A stretch of 64,000 nt of DNA from Marsupella aquatica (lineage: Eukaryota > Plantae > Marchantiophyta), in the NCBI GenBank assembly GCA_973895155.1, contig OZ316893.1, positions 3,640,490 through 3,704,489 of the forward strand, read 5' to 3'. Positions 1 through 14,395 of the stretch are shown here, one piece after another. Position numbers and translations under genes: made by a program. The notes beneath the pieces are model-generated. The model searched no databases and was not told the origin of the DNA. It saw only the letters and a program-made list of their open reading frames with translations. The stretch's first letter is position 1, and the number at the start of each line of letters is the position of its first letter.

Positions 1-2
1 TA

Positions 3-301
3 GTTGGAAATGAATTATACTTTACCTGTAGCTAAGTGGTAGAGAACTACTACTTACACAGGAGGTCCTAGGTTCAATTCCTGGCCAGTTTATGTTCTGG
101 AAAGTTCCAACATAGTGTCAAAGATTAGGAATCTCCCTTGAAATAAACGTGACTCAAGGGAGGGTGTTGGAAACGAATCACACTACAGCCAGAGATAGTG
201 CCCCCATAAAGGGCCTGGAGCTCAGTAATCGAGCACTAGGGTGTGTACTGGGAGGGCCTAGGTTCAATACCTAGCCAGTAGATGTTGTTAATAGTTCCAA
301 C
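3..301 (+). mobile_element. Putative TRIM (miniature non-autonomous LTR element) with tRNA-like sequence in both LTRs
   Basis: Two diverged direct repeats, 3-112 (gttggaa...ttccaaca) and 165-301 (tgttggaa...ttccaac). Between them are a tRNA-Met-like PBS (tagtgtcaaag, 113-123; cf. TGGTATCAGAG) and a PPT (aagggaggg, 156-164). The TSD cannot be tested at the window edge. Confidence 0.55.
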
Positions 302-3300
302 TCTCTTTCTCGTCCTTGAGCATATTGTCATGGCCTTAGTTCAAGGTATGATAACATGTGTCAAGGTCAAGAGGACAATCTGGCTTAGGGGTACTAGGTT
401 CCTTGAATAGGGGGTAGCAGCTACGAGCACTCCTGTCCTCATCCACTAACATTATATTTAACAAACATACAAACACTCACTTTTATAGTAGTGAGTATTT
501 CTTGTGACCATTGTTCACCATCCTCTTTGCTAGCCAATGATAGGTCAAATCGGTCAATCAATCACTTTTAATTAATGGCTACAATTAGTCAATGCTATGA
601 AGAAATATTTTATTAACATTCAAAAAGTAATTATGTGATTACAAGAGGCTTTTGCTTGCCCCCCAGTCTTTGTTATTTGGCATAATAATTTCTGAATTGT
701 CTTAAACTTCACTATTCCCAGGTCTTTTTATTCTTGCTGTCAATAGACACGTTTGGCTGTTTGTTTGTCACAACAAACATCTCTGCTGGTGTTTGTGGTA
801 CACATTACTGCCATGGCACAACCCTAGGCCAGGCCCCAGGCCAGGATTTGGGGAATGAGCTTTTCATTGGGGTCCTTAAAGATGTATGTTGTCAGATTTC
901 TTAGATCAACAAATGAAATCAAGCATTGATAATCACTGACATTGTGCACTATAAACTAGTGGTATGTTAAGTCAGTCAGTTGTTCTTTTTTGAATTTTCA
1001 TTATATTGTTTCTGTGCTACTGGGGTACATCATTATCCTAGGATGCATCCAAAGAAGCTCTCAGCCATAATATTGTAGTCTCAAGTGCGTTGGTCTGAGA
1101 TTTTTCACATTAATACCTAGCTTGGGGCTCCATACCAAATTAATTTGAAGAAAAATGTATGTGCCAAAACTGTGTGATGACCTTCATCAATATATATTAG
1201 CTTTCCTGGCAAGTACTAAAGCATACATAAGTAGGGATCCATAAACTAATTACAGAAACAGTGAGACCATGCAAATAATGTGAGTAACACTCATGTGTGA
1301 GTTGAGAAGTTTTGAAACTCAATAGAAAATTGTATGATTGACATATGTGAACCTAATGGCTTAGCTAGACTCTGATTTAATGGATTTTCGTCTATGCCAC
1401 TGTCCAAAAATATATGTTTTGGACAACAGCATGGATTCTATTGTCTATACTACTGTCTAAAATTTTCTGTTTGGGACAACAAAATGAATAGATGTATGGA
1501 ACCATTAACACATCATGATACATTTTTGTTATCAATAGACTTTCAGATGGGATTCAAATTTTTGCAAGCCTCGCAAATAGTGGTAGTAACAGTAACTAGG
1601 CTGTCAACTGTGTAGTACTTAGGATTTCAAATTATGATATGTCCAACACAGATGGGACAGAATTTCCAAAGGTTCGTCAAGTATTGTGGTCGTCTTGGAT
1701 TTCTTTGGTAGTCGCCCATGACCTTGGGAGTTGTCATTCCTTTCAGATTTGTAGACCAGAGTTTGGATGGCCAACCAATATTAGTGCATTTTGATACCCC
1801 AAGTAGGGAGTCTCAGAGCTGGCAATTTTACTAGTTACAGGGTTATGGACACACAGTTCAGGACACTAATTTCATAGGGAAAGAAAAAACAAAAAACCTT
1901 TTTTCGAACTTGCAAAAAAGCTATGACCATCCCTTTCAGGCTGAATGTCATATCCATAATTTTGAAGCTTTGAGACGGAGCTAATAGAGACGGGGCACAT
2001 GGAATGGAAGGTCAAAGCAGATAAGTGGGTCATCGAAAGGCAATATGTGAAGGCCAGATGAGCTTGTCTTTGTTGGAGGTCATGGAAGGAGGAAATGGCA
2101 GCCTATTCTGAACTGCTACCTGGAAGCAGCAAAGGAAATTGACAGTCTACGCTATCAAGGGTGACCATAACTAATGAAAAATCCATGAACCAAGGACTGA
2201 AATTCCACTTCCTTCAGGAAAGAATGAGCTCGCCCTTCGTTCTGTGAATTCCGTTGGAACTAGAGGGATGAATAGAGAATGCACATTTGAGAGGATGAAA
2301 ATGTACCGCCCTCATATCAGATAGGTGGGTTCGAATTAGTCAAAGATAAAACGGACCGCTAAAACTTTAGCTCAGTTTGCCAAATGCTCAAATTCAGTTC
2401 CAGAATCAACCGCTATCCTTGAAGCAAAGGAACTTTAAAATTCAATTTCTAAAGAGGAAATTTAGATGAAAGTGAAGAAACCTGAGAGAAATAATGCGCT
2501 AAAGAAAAGACAAGCTCTGGAGGGAAGCAAATGAAGAACTAAGACTAAGAACAAATTGGCTAAAAACTGAGCTTGTCTAGACTAAGAACAAAAGACTAAG
2601 CTACTAGACTAGACTAGTTCTACTGGGGCTACTTTTCTAGAATTCTCTCTCAAACATTCCAGAAGCCAGCGATGTGATCCATCACAGTGTAAACCAAGCA
2701 GACATTGCAGAAGGGCATAGCAGTGCAATCAACCGTGGACAACGCAAGCTTTAGAAACCAAAAGCAAATTCAACCGCTTACTATTGAGCTCGCCAGATTC
2801 TTAGATGAGCCGTTCATGGCATCTTGCAAGGATAGCTTCACTAGCGAGGAGATGATCATAAACACCTCAGCAGGTTAGCAAAAAACCCTCCCCAGATGTA
2901 GAAGAGAGACCTCAACCTGCTGACAGGGTGGTAATCATACTACAGTAATAAACTTCTATATGAAATACGCTTCTACATCGAAGACCTAAGACCTTCAAAG
3001 AGATATGTTACAAACAGGGCAGGGCAGCATATCCCTGCAGTTAAATAAGGTACATTGGATCGGTACGGATCGAAGAACACAAGGAATCTCCCGAGGCAGA
3101 TTTGAAGCGGTCCAATAAACACGTACAGTAGCCTTCAATTTTCTGGGAGTCTGCCCATCTTGTTCAAGGATAGGAAACCATCTCTGAAAAATCCTCCCAA
3201 CGAAGGTAGAGAAAGAGCTCCGAAGTCGTATAATTTAACAGCAATGAGATGGAACGTAACTTGTTTGCCGAGATAACAACATAGATTCGGACAACTCACG

Positions 3301-3349
3301 CAAGGAGATAGCTTGTAAGTGTGACCTGCTCTTTCTTCTTCGGGCGTCG

Positions 3350-5012
3350 TCATCGGGTGGGGGAATCACCAATTTGACGGGCTATCAACGCATGAACTGC
3401 AGCTCGATCAAAGGTACCGGATAGGGTGGCTGTCAGGTGCTTCTTCTGAGGCGTGGTGAGCAGCGGGGACTGAGCTGGTGATCGAAACGTGGGCGATGGG
3501 AGCGGCACTGATCTGTCCACTTTAATGGAGTCCCATCTCAACATTTCCTTTTCGAGGTGTGTACAGTAGAACTCGAACTCCGGTGCCGGCACCTGTAACC
3601 TAAAATCGAGCCTATCAAGCAGCTCTATTTCCAGGCGATTCAGTTCCACGAGGCTTACTCCCCCAACTCGGGCATAGAAGGAGTTGTTGAAGTGCCTGAA
3701 ATAAAGAAACAAAGCACCAAAACGACAATGAGTCACTCACCTTCACACATCGACCCTAATGAGCACCCCTAAACAGCCATGGCAGCTAGATTCAAAAGTA
3801 AGCATTGTCAGACACTCTTAAACATCCACAAGATCCAAGGGTTCCTTTAAAAGATGCAGAGCAATGGCCCAAACCACTATGGCGTAGTGTTTGGCAACCC
3901 TCTGTGAGGCCTAGTCCAGAGCAAATAGTGAGCAATTGGTGTTGACGATTTGCAGAAGATGACGAGCAAGTGCGGGGTATATGAGCTTAAGTTATATTGA
4001 CAGCCTGACACATTGAGTGAACCCACTACCAATACAACGAGGCTGGAATGCAGTAACACTGATTGACACAATTACAGGCGCCAAGACCTCTCAAAGCAGA
4101 TTAAGAGGATGCAACTCTGGAGGGAAGGAAGGCCTTTCCCAGCAGATTCTTTCAGAGAGAATGGAACTCAAGTAGGTATGAAGGCCTCTCACAGTAGATT
4201 CGGATAAGTGAATCTCTAGTCGGAAAGTCGGGTAGAGTGGTGGTTACTGCCTGAGAGCGGATTAACAGTAAGAGGTCACCAGAGAGCACCAAGCAGGACA
4301 AATGCAACGAGCTGGCCTAAGGCTATGGACGGCATACACGGGTCACAGTAAATAAAAATGGTCGAAAGGACTAAGAACAAATTCCCAGTGAAACCACAAT
4401 AAGATACACAATAAGCTGACTGATGCGGATTATGTGCGACACAGTAAGTAAGAACCAGGCATTGACTAAAGGACAGTAGGATACATACACGTCGTCTAGC
4501 ATTTTGGCAGCCACCATGACAGCGGTCACGAGAAGGCGGTGCACATTCAGTAAAGTCACAGGCATGTCCGGTTGCTTGTGGATCAGCCGGTCGATGTAAA
4601 TGTAACCGACCACAAAGCACGAGGGACTACAATTCGTATACTTAAAAATCCGTTTCATGTACTTGATTATCGAGATCCCCGGCGCTCGCAGTCCATGAAA
4701 GGAGGTGAGCTTTTTCGAATTGAGAGGGCTCAACGTTAGCAATGTGCCTCCCGTACGCTCATTCCTGGCGACCAGCCGCTCCAGCACTGCGGCCACGACA
4801 TTCAGCACTGTCGGTGTGTCACGTGAGTCTTTGTCCGCTTTGACAGATGCCGTTTCGTACTCACTCTTCAAGGATACAGAATCCTGATCCTTAAAATCGA
4901 GATCAGATTCTGATGCGGTGTCGGAGTAGTTCCCATTCTGCTGACCGCCTTTCCCCATTGTTAACACCTCCTGGGAATTCGACGAGGGAGCAAACGCTTC
5001 GAGTTCCGGCAT
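3350..5012 (-). CDS. CYCU: P/U-type (PHO80-like) cyclin, 2 exons (5012-4489, 3695-3350), 289 aa
   Basis: Motifs FHGLRAPGISI..Y..RIFKYTNCSPSCFVVGYIYIDRL, NVHRLLVTAVMVAAKMLDD and FNNSFYARVGGV. A GT-AG intron (4488-3696) joins DD-V-HFNN in frame; the CDS totals 870 nt. Confidence 0.93.
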
Positions 5013-5859
5013 GTTCTAGAATTACAACGATCTCCCAAAGCTTACACCAAAAGCGTCTCTCTCCCTCCCACTATTTGCCTTCCCTTCCGGGAGAGGGACG
5101 TCTGGATCCGGCCTCTCCACTCAGCCCGCCCTGTTCTACAAGTCCTCTGCGGTGCCTATCTTTCCCCGCCCTGCTGCTGCCCCGTTTGCCGCTGCTGCTG
5201 CTCCTGTGCTACTCCTCTTGTCCCATCCATCTCGACGACGTGCCTGGACTTCATCGACCCAAATTCCTCAGTTTTGGGATCCCTCATAGCCAGGCAACTG
5301 AGAAGTCTTCTCGTGCTCGACCGTAATCAAATTCCTAGATCTTCTGTTTCCCCCAGAACCTCCCGCAACCACTGTGCTCTCTACTAATGCAATCCATGAC
5401 TGTGTCCCAGGAAGTAGTCACGCAGCCATTTGCTTTCATATCTGTCCGTTCTGTCCCTACCTATTTCACCTTCGACACCGGGCCTCGCTCGTCTTCACCT
5501 CTACTTTGCATTTCTGGTCAAGGAGACGGCCCACCGACTCCTTTCCCCTCTGCTGCAGCTTGCCCGACTCACCTCACTGCTCCGCTCTTCTGTTTGAAAA
5601 CCTCGAGTCTCAATCCTTTCTCCCTCCCCGGCCGACACGCTCCACCTCGATTACGGATGGACGTCAGAGCCTCCACATCCACCTCCACCTCTCCTTCTCC
5701 TCCGTTCGTCGTCCTCCTCCGATTAGTTTATCTCCGAATCAAATGCGCTCACGGATTGGTCCGTGATCCTATTCTTTTGACTCCTCGTACTTGCCTGTCT
5801 GCCAGTCTTCGACCTTGCTGGCCTTGCCGCGTTCCTTGTTCGTCCCGAGACCTTCTCCA

Positions 5860-5863
<4 letters not shown>

Positions 5864-5902
<39 letters not shown>

Positions 5903-6023
5903 GCTCTCGCCTGCTGCTGTAGCTCCTGCTTCTCCTTCTTCTTCTCCTCCCGGTGCTCGTCCTCGTCGTGGCAGCCATAGCTATAAAACCTGTTGGTCTG
6001 GTCTGGTCTGGTCTGGTCTGGTC
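5864..6023. repeat. (CT)n microsatellite (~5864-5899) and (GGTCT)n repeat (~5994-6023) in the cyclin leader/promoter
   Basis: Directly visible simple repeats. Confidence 0.9.
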
Positions 6024-6405
6024 TCTTGTACTGCAGCTCCTTTGATAGGGAGTAATGTGCTACCGAACACACACACCCCCTTTTGTCGGGAGGATTGGCC
6101 CCGTTATGTTGCGAATCTGCTTGCCCGGGAAAAGGGAAGGCGTTCGTCGTCGTCCACAAGACCACCCTAGCCCGGCCCTTCCCGGCGGACCGCCTCGCCT
6201 GAAAACATTCCCCGGGCGGGTGGGCCCACTGTCTGCCTCACGCCGTCGAGCGCTCAGTTGGTGACTGAGACTGCCGTCCGTCCGTAAGTACGTCCCCGGT
6301 CTCCTGCTTTTTCTCGTTCTCTCCACTACTTGTACCGGTAAATGCACATTTGACAGGATATAGCAAACAGGGAGTTCAGGTAGCTAGTAAACAAAACTTA
6401 AAGTT

Positions 6406-6766
6406 CTCATGGACACACATGTTTGTTGGGACTACCAGGATGGACACAACCATGTGACACTGTAAGAAGAATCTCCAATTACACCTAACAAACGGATTAC
6501 CGTCTTTCATTCGCGGAAGGAAACCTTGCTTTAGACCTTATGGTTGAGTTAGACGGTCACTGCATCCTTGCAGGGAGGAAAAAGTGGATGGACTACCGGA
6601 AAAATCAACCAAATACCGACTGGTCTCGGTCACATACCTCCTTACAGGTCACTTTGGGATTACAATCAAAAAGCATGTTACAGGAGCAAAAAATGAAGTT
6701 CGAGTTGTGTCTATCTGGGTTGTGTGTGTCCATCCAGGCTTTCTTCCAAACCTGTGTGTCCATGAG
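6406..6766. mobile_element. Degenerate MITE-like inverted repeat pair (~45-bp arms)
   Basis: ctcatggacacacatgtttg...ggatggacacaacc (6406-6451) is an imperfect reverse complement of 6718-6766. No clear TSD. Confidence 0.4.
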
Positions 6767-9700
6767 TAAACAATTGATATTTTTTCAAAAGATATGGCTA
6801 TTCCCATAAAAGGGAGTTCAGGCAACCATGTAGTAAACACCTTCTACAACTCACCCTCACCCTGCCACTCAATTAAGGACGATCACTCTAGGGACTAATA
6901 ACTCTTTTTCAATTGATCAAGTTAAAATGACTGTGATTGAATATTAACTTGTAAAGGTTGGCAGGCCCAAGGCTAATCAGTTGTAGATTCCAACTCATTC
7001 TGCAAATTTCTCTGTCAAACTCTTAGCTATTATCATAAACTCATTCCCTGAACTCATTTTATGTATAGGATCAAGGGTATAGGGTTCCCTTATGAGGTAT
7101 AGGGTGACCCTTTAGCTCATAACTTAGACCATTTGTCTTTGGTCCTACTTTCTGACTCTGTTGAACTTTGATTTGGCACACATGCACCTTGTGAGGAGTT
7201 CCCCACTGTTTACAGCATTCAATTATGCACAAACATCATATAGTTTGTGATGAGACATAAAACATACACATGAAGAGGAATCATTAGACATGGAGAGAAA
7301 TCACTAGGCAAGGACCATAATTATTCAACTCATGACCTTAAAATGTTGCTTAAAGTCCCCAATATGTGGTGAAAAACGGGTCGAACGATGTAATTTGCAG
7401 AATGGCACAATTCTACTTACAGGACGTTCTAACCTCTTTCAGACATAGAATGTTCTGTGAAAAGGCCAATAATTTATCCATATTGCGTTTCAAAACCAAG
7501 ACACTTTATTCATTTGCAACGTTCACGTTCAAAAAGCGTGCCGTTGCTACTGTGACAGAGACGGCCGTCCTGCCCCGTCCGTCCTTCCACTGGTCCCACG
7601 GTCTCCCGCTTTTCTTTTCCTCTCCAGTTAGTAGTTTCCACGAATAGCTTCGTTTCAAATCGCACCACTGTACAGAGCTGTACCGTAGTCACACACACAA
7701 CAGATGACTACTCTGTTGTGTATGTGACTCTCCGCTATGCATGATTCCATCATTTTCGCATGCCTTTTGACCGGAATATAATCCGAAAAATCGCCCTTCG
7801 GGAAATTCACGGTGGGACATCTGCCGTTCACCACCAAAGCTATTAGATCTGAGCTATATATGTATTCATTCTTGGATTAGATTGTGGCCAATAAAGGTTT
7901 GATTTGAGAGTCATCCACTAGCTGGGGGGTCTCCATCCAACCTTATATGGGGCTATGTGGGGCCTCTTTGGTCTTCTTGGGCTTTCCCCTTATTGGGGCT
8001 TTTGACTTTTGGGATCCTACCTCCGGGTTAGGCGCTGTTTGTTCAACAGAGTGATATATAATCTTTGTGGTGATTGCAAGGCTTTAAGTTCCATTGGCCC
8101 TCTTTTGCACCCTCCTACAGGAGAGAAAGGGCCTTCTCCAGAGATCCTGCTTCTCCTCCATTGAAGGAAGCTCAGCTTCAATTATCTATAGCTGGAAGTT
8201 TTGTCTCCATACTTGAATAGCTTCCATATCATCTATGTTGTGAAATTGCTCAAATTTGTGATGCCAAGCCACGGGAAGCAAGCTCGGGCTATGTGGTTTT
8301 GTAGTCAATGTTAGGAGATTCATTTGTGCACATTCTAAAAATCAATGCAGTTGTTGGTGGGTTCAAAGCTTGGGTATGGAGGTTTGGATTTTCAAGGGCA
8401 CTTTTGGCAGGCACTGGTACAATGACACTTGGAAGGCCCGACTTGGGAATGATGCTGGTCTCAAATTGCCAGGCACGATTTCTCCAACGGCATGCAGCGC
8501 CCAGCTGCAAACCGCTGAAGAGTACAAAAAGCAATGACATGCTAGCTGGAGTCGGGTCACACCCTTTGCTACCAAAAGGGGAAACTTGAAGTGCAAAAAC
8601 TGTTGAGTTGAAAACAGACGACTCTCGGAAGTGGGTACTCTTTATTCTCCTGTTGTGACTGACTGATGGGATGATGCAACTTCCTGCAAGTTATTGAGTA
8701 GGCCTAGCCTTGGAAATCTGGGCAAGTCTGGATCCTATCTATTTAGTCCCTTTTGGGAATGCGTCTTCAAGTTGGTAGGTCTTTCAGTTCCTTCTGTCTG
8801 TGGTTGGGACTCGTTCTATATAACTAAATTACAACAAAATGCTCCACACAGCCAGACAAGATTTCAAAGGCAAGGCCCAATAGAAGGGAGAAAACAAAAG
8901 AAAATCCCAGCAAGTCTGGTATTGCATTTTGCCCTATACTTTCAAAAGCAAAAGACTAAGAAGCATGCTACTCCTTCCTAACCAACAGATGCTTGTTGTT
9001 GTGGTTGTTTTGCCTTGAAACCAAAAGCATAAAGCATACCCATCCAACACAGGATAGACAATCAACTTTGGAGCATGCATTTCTGTAGGGCAGCCATAAG
9101 GGGACAATACCCGGGGTTCCCACAAGAACGCAAACCAGGTGGGAGAGAGGGTTGAACCAGGGCCCAAAAAGGGGCCAGCCAGGGGCTGAAGGGAATATAT
9201 ATTCTACACACCTCTTGCACATGGAGGGGGGAGTGAACCACTTGTTTTAAAAAGTGGTTTTCAATTGAAAGATGTTAGTTTTTCTTAGGGGATGTGATTT
9301 GTTTCATCATTCAGATGAACAAATAAACAAATTGCTGCTAGGCCAGGTTTGTAAAAATGCACTTAGAAATTACAGCACATTCCCTTGTTGGTTTCTAAGA
9401 CGGTAGTCAAAGTCAATCGAAATTCAAACTAAATAATATTTCTTAATTGAAGTCACTCTACTGGTAGACGTTGTAAAGAGCACTGCTGTCAAGGCTTTCC
9501 ATTGGTCGGTCACTGCAACTCTGTGCAGAAATATTCTGCTCGGTTTCCAATTCAAATGTTCATCGTCATGGCAAGGTTTCATGTTACCCTATGTTTGCGA
9601 GGATCGAGGTGCGAGAATTCGTGGTAAGATGCGACTGAATCATGTCATCTCTCAACGACAGCATCACAAGCATCTACTGTAATTACTTGTATAGAGTGGT

Positions 9701-11257
9701 ATATATCTTTGGTTTGAAGAGTATTTGCTGTACATAGTTGTTAGATTTCAGTATGCACTCTATTAACCCACTAAACTCTTCGTCGCTGCTTTTTTGTTTG
9801 GTGTTGACGATGCTGTTTTGTATGGGACTCTGGTCAAGTGTGGATCTCAAACTCCTGTGGCAGTGCAATTAGAGGAAGCTGCAACTAATCTGTAGTTGGC
9901 AGTACCGTTGTAGGTTCTGTCTACAATCTGACATTTGCGTGGTAAACTTATTGACTACAAAAATTCTAGACTTATGATCCGTAATGGAGTTTTTCATAGA
10001 GATTGAGATTGACTGTGAAGCTGAAGGAAAAAGCCAGAATTAAATTCGCTGGGTGACAGAAAAAGCACGACTCTCGAATCATGACCGGGAGGACCTGTTG
10101 TGAATAAGTCATTTACACTTGTAATTCAGATTGAAGCATCTCATCTGGTTTGGGTTGTGTGGTTGAAGTTTGCTCGCAGATTTAACATTTCTGACTCCAA
10201 ATGTGAAGAAGAACCACTCGACCAACTGGCATAGGTTACTTTATGAAATCGAGTGGGGAGTTCAAAGGCCGAGAAAGTGGCAAGCACAGGAGTTGGCCTG
10301 GAAGGATCCTTTTGAATTCCGTTCATGCACAGAGACAGCATAGAAACCTCAGGAGTTTAATGGTAGTTAGTTTGGAATCTTTCCAGTTATCCCGTTATCA
10401 AGGTTCCCAGGAGTTGAACCTACTGTAGCATAGCTTGTACAGCTTGGGAAGGAACCCTTGGTCACTCATGCCGATGTAAAGTGGTGCCATAAACCAGCAC
10501 CACAGCCTTACATAATAATAATGAAGAAGGATCCGTGCTACTTTATCAGAGACTGATCACAACTAAATATCCATTAAATATCCCAAGTGGTCCGACTTTG
10601 GTGCTAAAAGCCGAACTACCAGCCAAACGATAAGATGAGTCTTTTACAAGGGCAACTGGACAAAAAGAAGAGGAGATTTGTGATGACCTTTAGCACAAAA
10701 GTTCAGCCATGATTTTTCAAGGCAAAAACAAGTTCAAAATATGCTGTGAGTCCTGTATAAGACCTTTGAATCTACAGTAACAGGTTCCAACACCTTATTC
10801 TTTAAGGTTTTTACTTTTTAGCCAGAGTGGCCAATGTCCAGTGTGTGAAGGAGAAGATGTTCAAACATTCCATTATATTCTTGACCGTCAGATCTCCCTA
10901 GATTTATAGTTGACCATTAGATGCTGGCTAATGGGACCTGTGATCAGGTTGGAGATTGGCTAATGAGACAGAAAAATACTAGCAAATTTTAGTCAAAAAT
11001 GGCGAAAACTTTCTGGGGAGGTGACATTTCGCAAATTTTCACCACTAAAAAAACGCTGGTCCCCAGTGCCAGTGAGGTGCCCCTGGTAGCCCCCTCAAGT
11101 GCCCACTTTACAATTTACAGTTTCTCCTAGCAGGCGACCAGGGGCAACTCACATGACATTTCCTTTACTGACCAAAACAATTCTTGGCTTATGTCCAGAA
11201 AAAAGTGATGTTTAAGTTCATGAGAGAATCTCTGTGGCAACATGCCTGCATGGCTCC

Positions 11258-11372
11258 TGGTGCAATGGTGTAACATATACCAATGTCTCTGACAGAATGC
11301 CTGCATGGCTTGGCTCCTGGTGCAATGTTGCACCAAATACCAATGTCTGCGAGAGACTGCCTGCATGGCTCG
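11258..11372. repeat. Tandem repeat, ~57-62-bp unit, ~2.3 copies
   Basis: tgcctgcatggct...cctggtgcaatg...ataccaatgtct recurs; the first partial unit begins near 11243. Confidence 0.7.
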
Positions 11373-12627
11373 ATCCTGATGGAGTGTTTTACCAAATACC
11401 TAACAGAGTGCTTCCAGTTTATTACCCCTAAACTATCATACCCATAATGCCATGTTAGGCGAAAAATATCCATACTGTTTTTACAAAATCAGAAAAGTGG
11501 TAGCCAATCCTAGCCCTTCATCAAAACATTGTTTTTCTGGCACAGATAGATCCACCCATACCCCCTTCAATGTCAATTGTCTTTGCTCAAGCTGCCCTTA
11601 GTCTGCCCAAACCTGCACAAGATGACAAATTAGTCTAAAATTAATTAAATTAATCTAAATATCCACTCCTTTTATATATGAAACAAAAAATGAATCCAAT
11701 TAAATATGAAACAGAAAGTATTTCACTCCTTTCATGCAGTTGTGGTTGCATGGACTCTGGGACAGAGTGCTTTCTTGCCTCAACTGCATTTCCTTACCTC
11801 TCCTTCACATCTTTGCCTTGCCTCATTATCATTGCCTCTGCTGAACATGTTTGCCTCACCCCAACATCTACACTCGCCTCAACATTTTTTCCAGCCTTGA
11901 TATCTTTGTCTCACCTGGACATTTTTTCTTTAAGGGGAAATTTATGAATCCTACAGAAAGGGAGTAAGTGGTCAGTCACTACATTTGAATTCTAGGCCTA
12001 TGAGTCTCAATTCAAATGAGACACCACATAGTCATGCCTCTCTGGGCATCATTGCATTGCCTCGATCTGCTCTGTGCAACACACAGGCGCTGGACAGTGT
12101 ACAAGTAAACTTACATGAAATATTATATTAAAATTATATATACAATCCCATGTTTTGTTTCTCATGATGTGATTAAGAAATGTTATTTTAAGGAAATCCT
12201 CCCTGTTGTGCTGGTGGATTGTGATGACATTTTTCCTAACCATGAGATAAACCTAGGTGCCAGTGTGCTACTTTTTTCACACCCAACCATCACTCTACTA
12301 GTTTGCCATCCTTTAATACCCAGTTTCCAGGTTGACTGTCTCGCTGACTCCTTGTAGCATTTGATTGTTTGGCCAGCTCACTTGTGCTTGATAACACTTC
12401 CTTTTGACATTGTCCACTATCAACATGATTGTGCAATGCACAGGCTTTGGGTTACTATATATCAAAGACGGAAAAAACTACATAGCCAATTAGTTTTAAG
12501 AAGAAGAAAAAAATCAACTAACCAAACTAACCAGTTGGTTAAATACTTAGCTGCATCACAATAGGGACTACTACTGCAATTTGTACCTGCTACGCAAATA
12601 ATGACGAGGACCACGTGAAAACAGTTA

Positions 12628-12987
12628 TGTTAGGTATTGCTCTAGTCTTGTGACTCATGAGCTAACCACAGTTAGTCTAACTCGGGTTAGGACTTAGCTA
12701 ATGTTAGCGGTAGTGCTATTGTGCATATAGCCAGGGTTGATGCCAGACCCTGGTGGAACTTAGGCTCATTGTTACGGAGCTAGTTGAGAGATAGAGAGAG
12801 CTTGTGCTGTGAATGCTTGGTATGGCCGGTTGGCCTAGAGTGCAGTAAAGCTCTTGTGTGTTCCCGTGGACGTAGCCTCATGTGGAGGTGAACCACGTAT
12901 CTCTCTGTGTCGACTATTGTGCGTTGGATGGTTCATGGGCTTGCTGTTACGAATGTCGTCTATGCTCAAAAAGTTATACCCAAAACA
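12628..12987 (+). mobile_element. Possible Copia-type solo LTR
   Basis: Begins tgttagg and ends aaaaca. Contains cccgtggacgtag...gaaccacgta, which resembles a motif common in plant Copia LTR U5 regions. The flanks are not a clean TSD. Confidence 0.35.
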
Positions 12988-14395
12988 ATTAATAGACGAA
13001 TCCATCCCCTCACCACCAAGAGGTTGGATACATTTAGGTCGGGTGAGAGTAATTGAAGGAGACCCACCAGAACACCTGACTCAGCAGCCAGCCATCCCAG
13101 AAAAGATAACTCTAGGTGATAATTAATCTATCCCTTGCCAATTTGGCATTACTTAAATCCCGGCCTTCAACAAAATTCTCTTTGAAGTTTCCTGATTAGG
13201 GCATTTGAGATTTGTACTCTATTCCTCTCTTGGAGAAGAAAGTAAAATCTCAACTTGTATGAAATCCTGCATGAAAAATATCCATTTGAGGGTGCTTATA
13301 CTTGACAGTGTATGCACTGACAATGGTGGTTACTCAGTACTGTATACAGATAAGAACTCTGGGAGAATCAAGGGTAAATTTCATCACTTATGGACTAAAA
13401 ATAGTTGAGTGACCATTCCATTCCCAGTCCTGTCCAGATCACAGGACTGATGAAGGGACAAGCTCACCCGGGAGCTCACCATTAGGGTGTCTTTACAACA
13501 TGTTGGGGCCCATTGTTTTATTTGTATTCCCTCTAAGATAAAATGTGTACCATATAATGAGTGGAAACTGCTGCAGTTGGCTTCACAAGAACTCTAGGCC
13601 ATTCAAGCATGGTGTCCACCATCACACATGCATGGCAAGCACTTGGTCCAAGTAAATTCTAATGTAGAGTGCTTATTTTCTCTAGAATTTTAGACCATCT
13701 CTGGAGGGACCAAGCATTCCAAACTTGGAATAGGCTCCTTCATTCCAAGGGATTCATTGCATTTATTGAAGTTCATTTGAAAAGATCTTTGGTCTGGAGT
13801 CTATGATTTTTTAGAACTAGAAATGACCCTCCAATTTGATTTGGTGAAAAATATCACAGGTGCCCAAAAATGGTCACAAGTGCAGCATATCTTGTATAGC
13901 CACCCTTACATTCAGGCAATCACAATCATCAACAAGAAAGGTTGCCGCCTGATGCCAACTATGTACCTACACATGCACAGACATCTTGTCACGTTATTAG
14001 TTTCCCAGAAGATGATGCTCGTGGTTCAAAATAGGGCCCAGACCACCATAGTCTCCTGGAGCTGCTCACAAACCACACAATTGTATCCTCAAAAGTTTAC
14101 ATAGCTTACTCTCTGGAATTCTGGAGTAGGAATAGTCCAACACAGTATTTTTCATGCTTTAACATGTCATGTATTTAACTTGTTCTCAACGTGTAGTTTA
14201 TAACAGAACACAAGTTATAGTTGAGTCGTCCAGAACTGTTTGGCTCCCATAGCTATGTGAAGCATGAAAAATAGTTGAGCATGAACATAGTTGAGCTCAT
14301 AAACAAGACGGATTCACATTTTTTTGTTTGGGTAATTTGCTCCTACATAGGCTTTAGGTTCAGTGTAGACAATCAAGGTGACCAGTCACTTTGTG

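Noticed and set aside
28-88. Functional tRNA gene (also tRNA-like segments at ~43395-43456 and ~49448-49506)
   Set aside because: A/B boxes are present but no convincing cloverleaf could be built; treated as repeat-derived.
3027-3034. P1BS-like GCATATCC near the P-type cyclin
   Set aside because: A single degenerate 8-mer downstream of the stop codon, expected by chance.
5374-6165. ORFs of 130-197 aa around the cyclin leader
   Set aside because: They are low-complexity products of CT/GA microsatellite-rich leader DNA.
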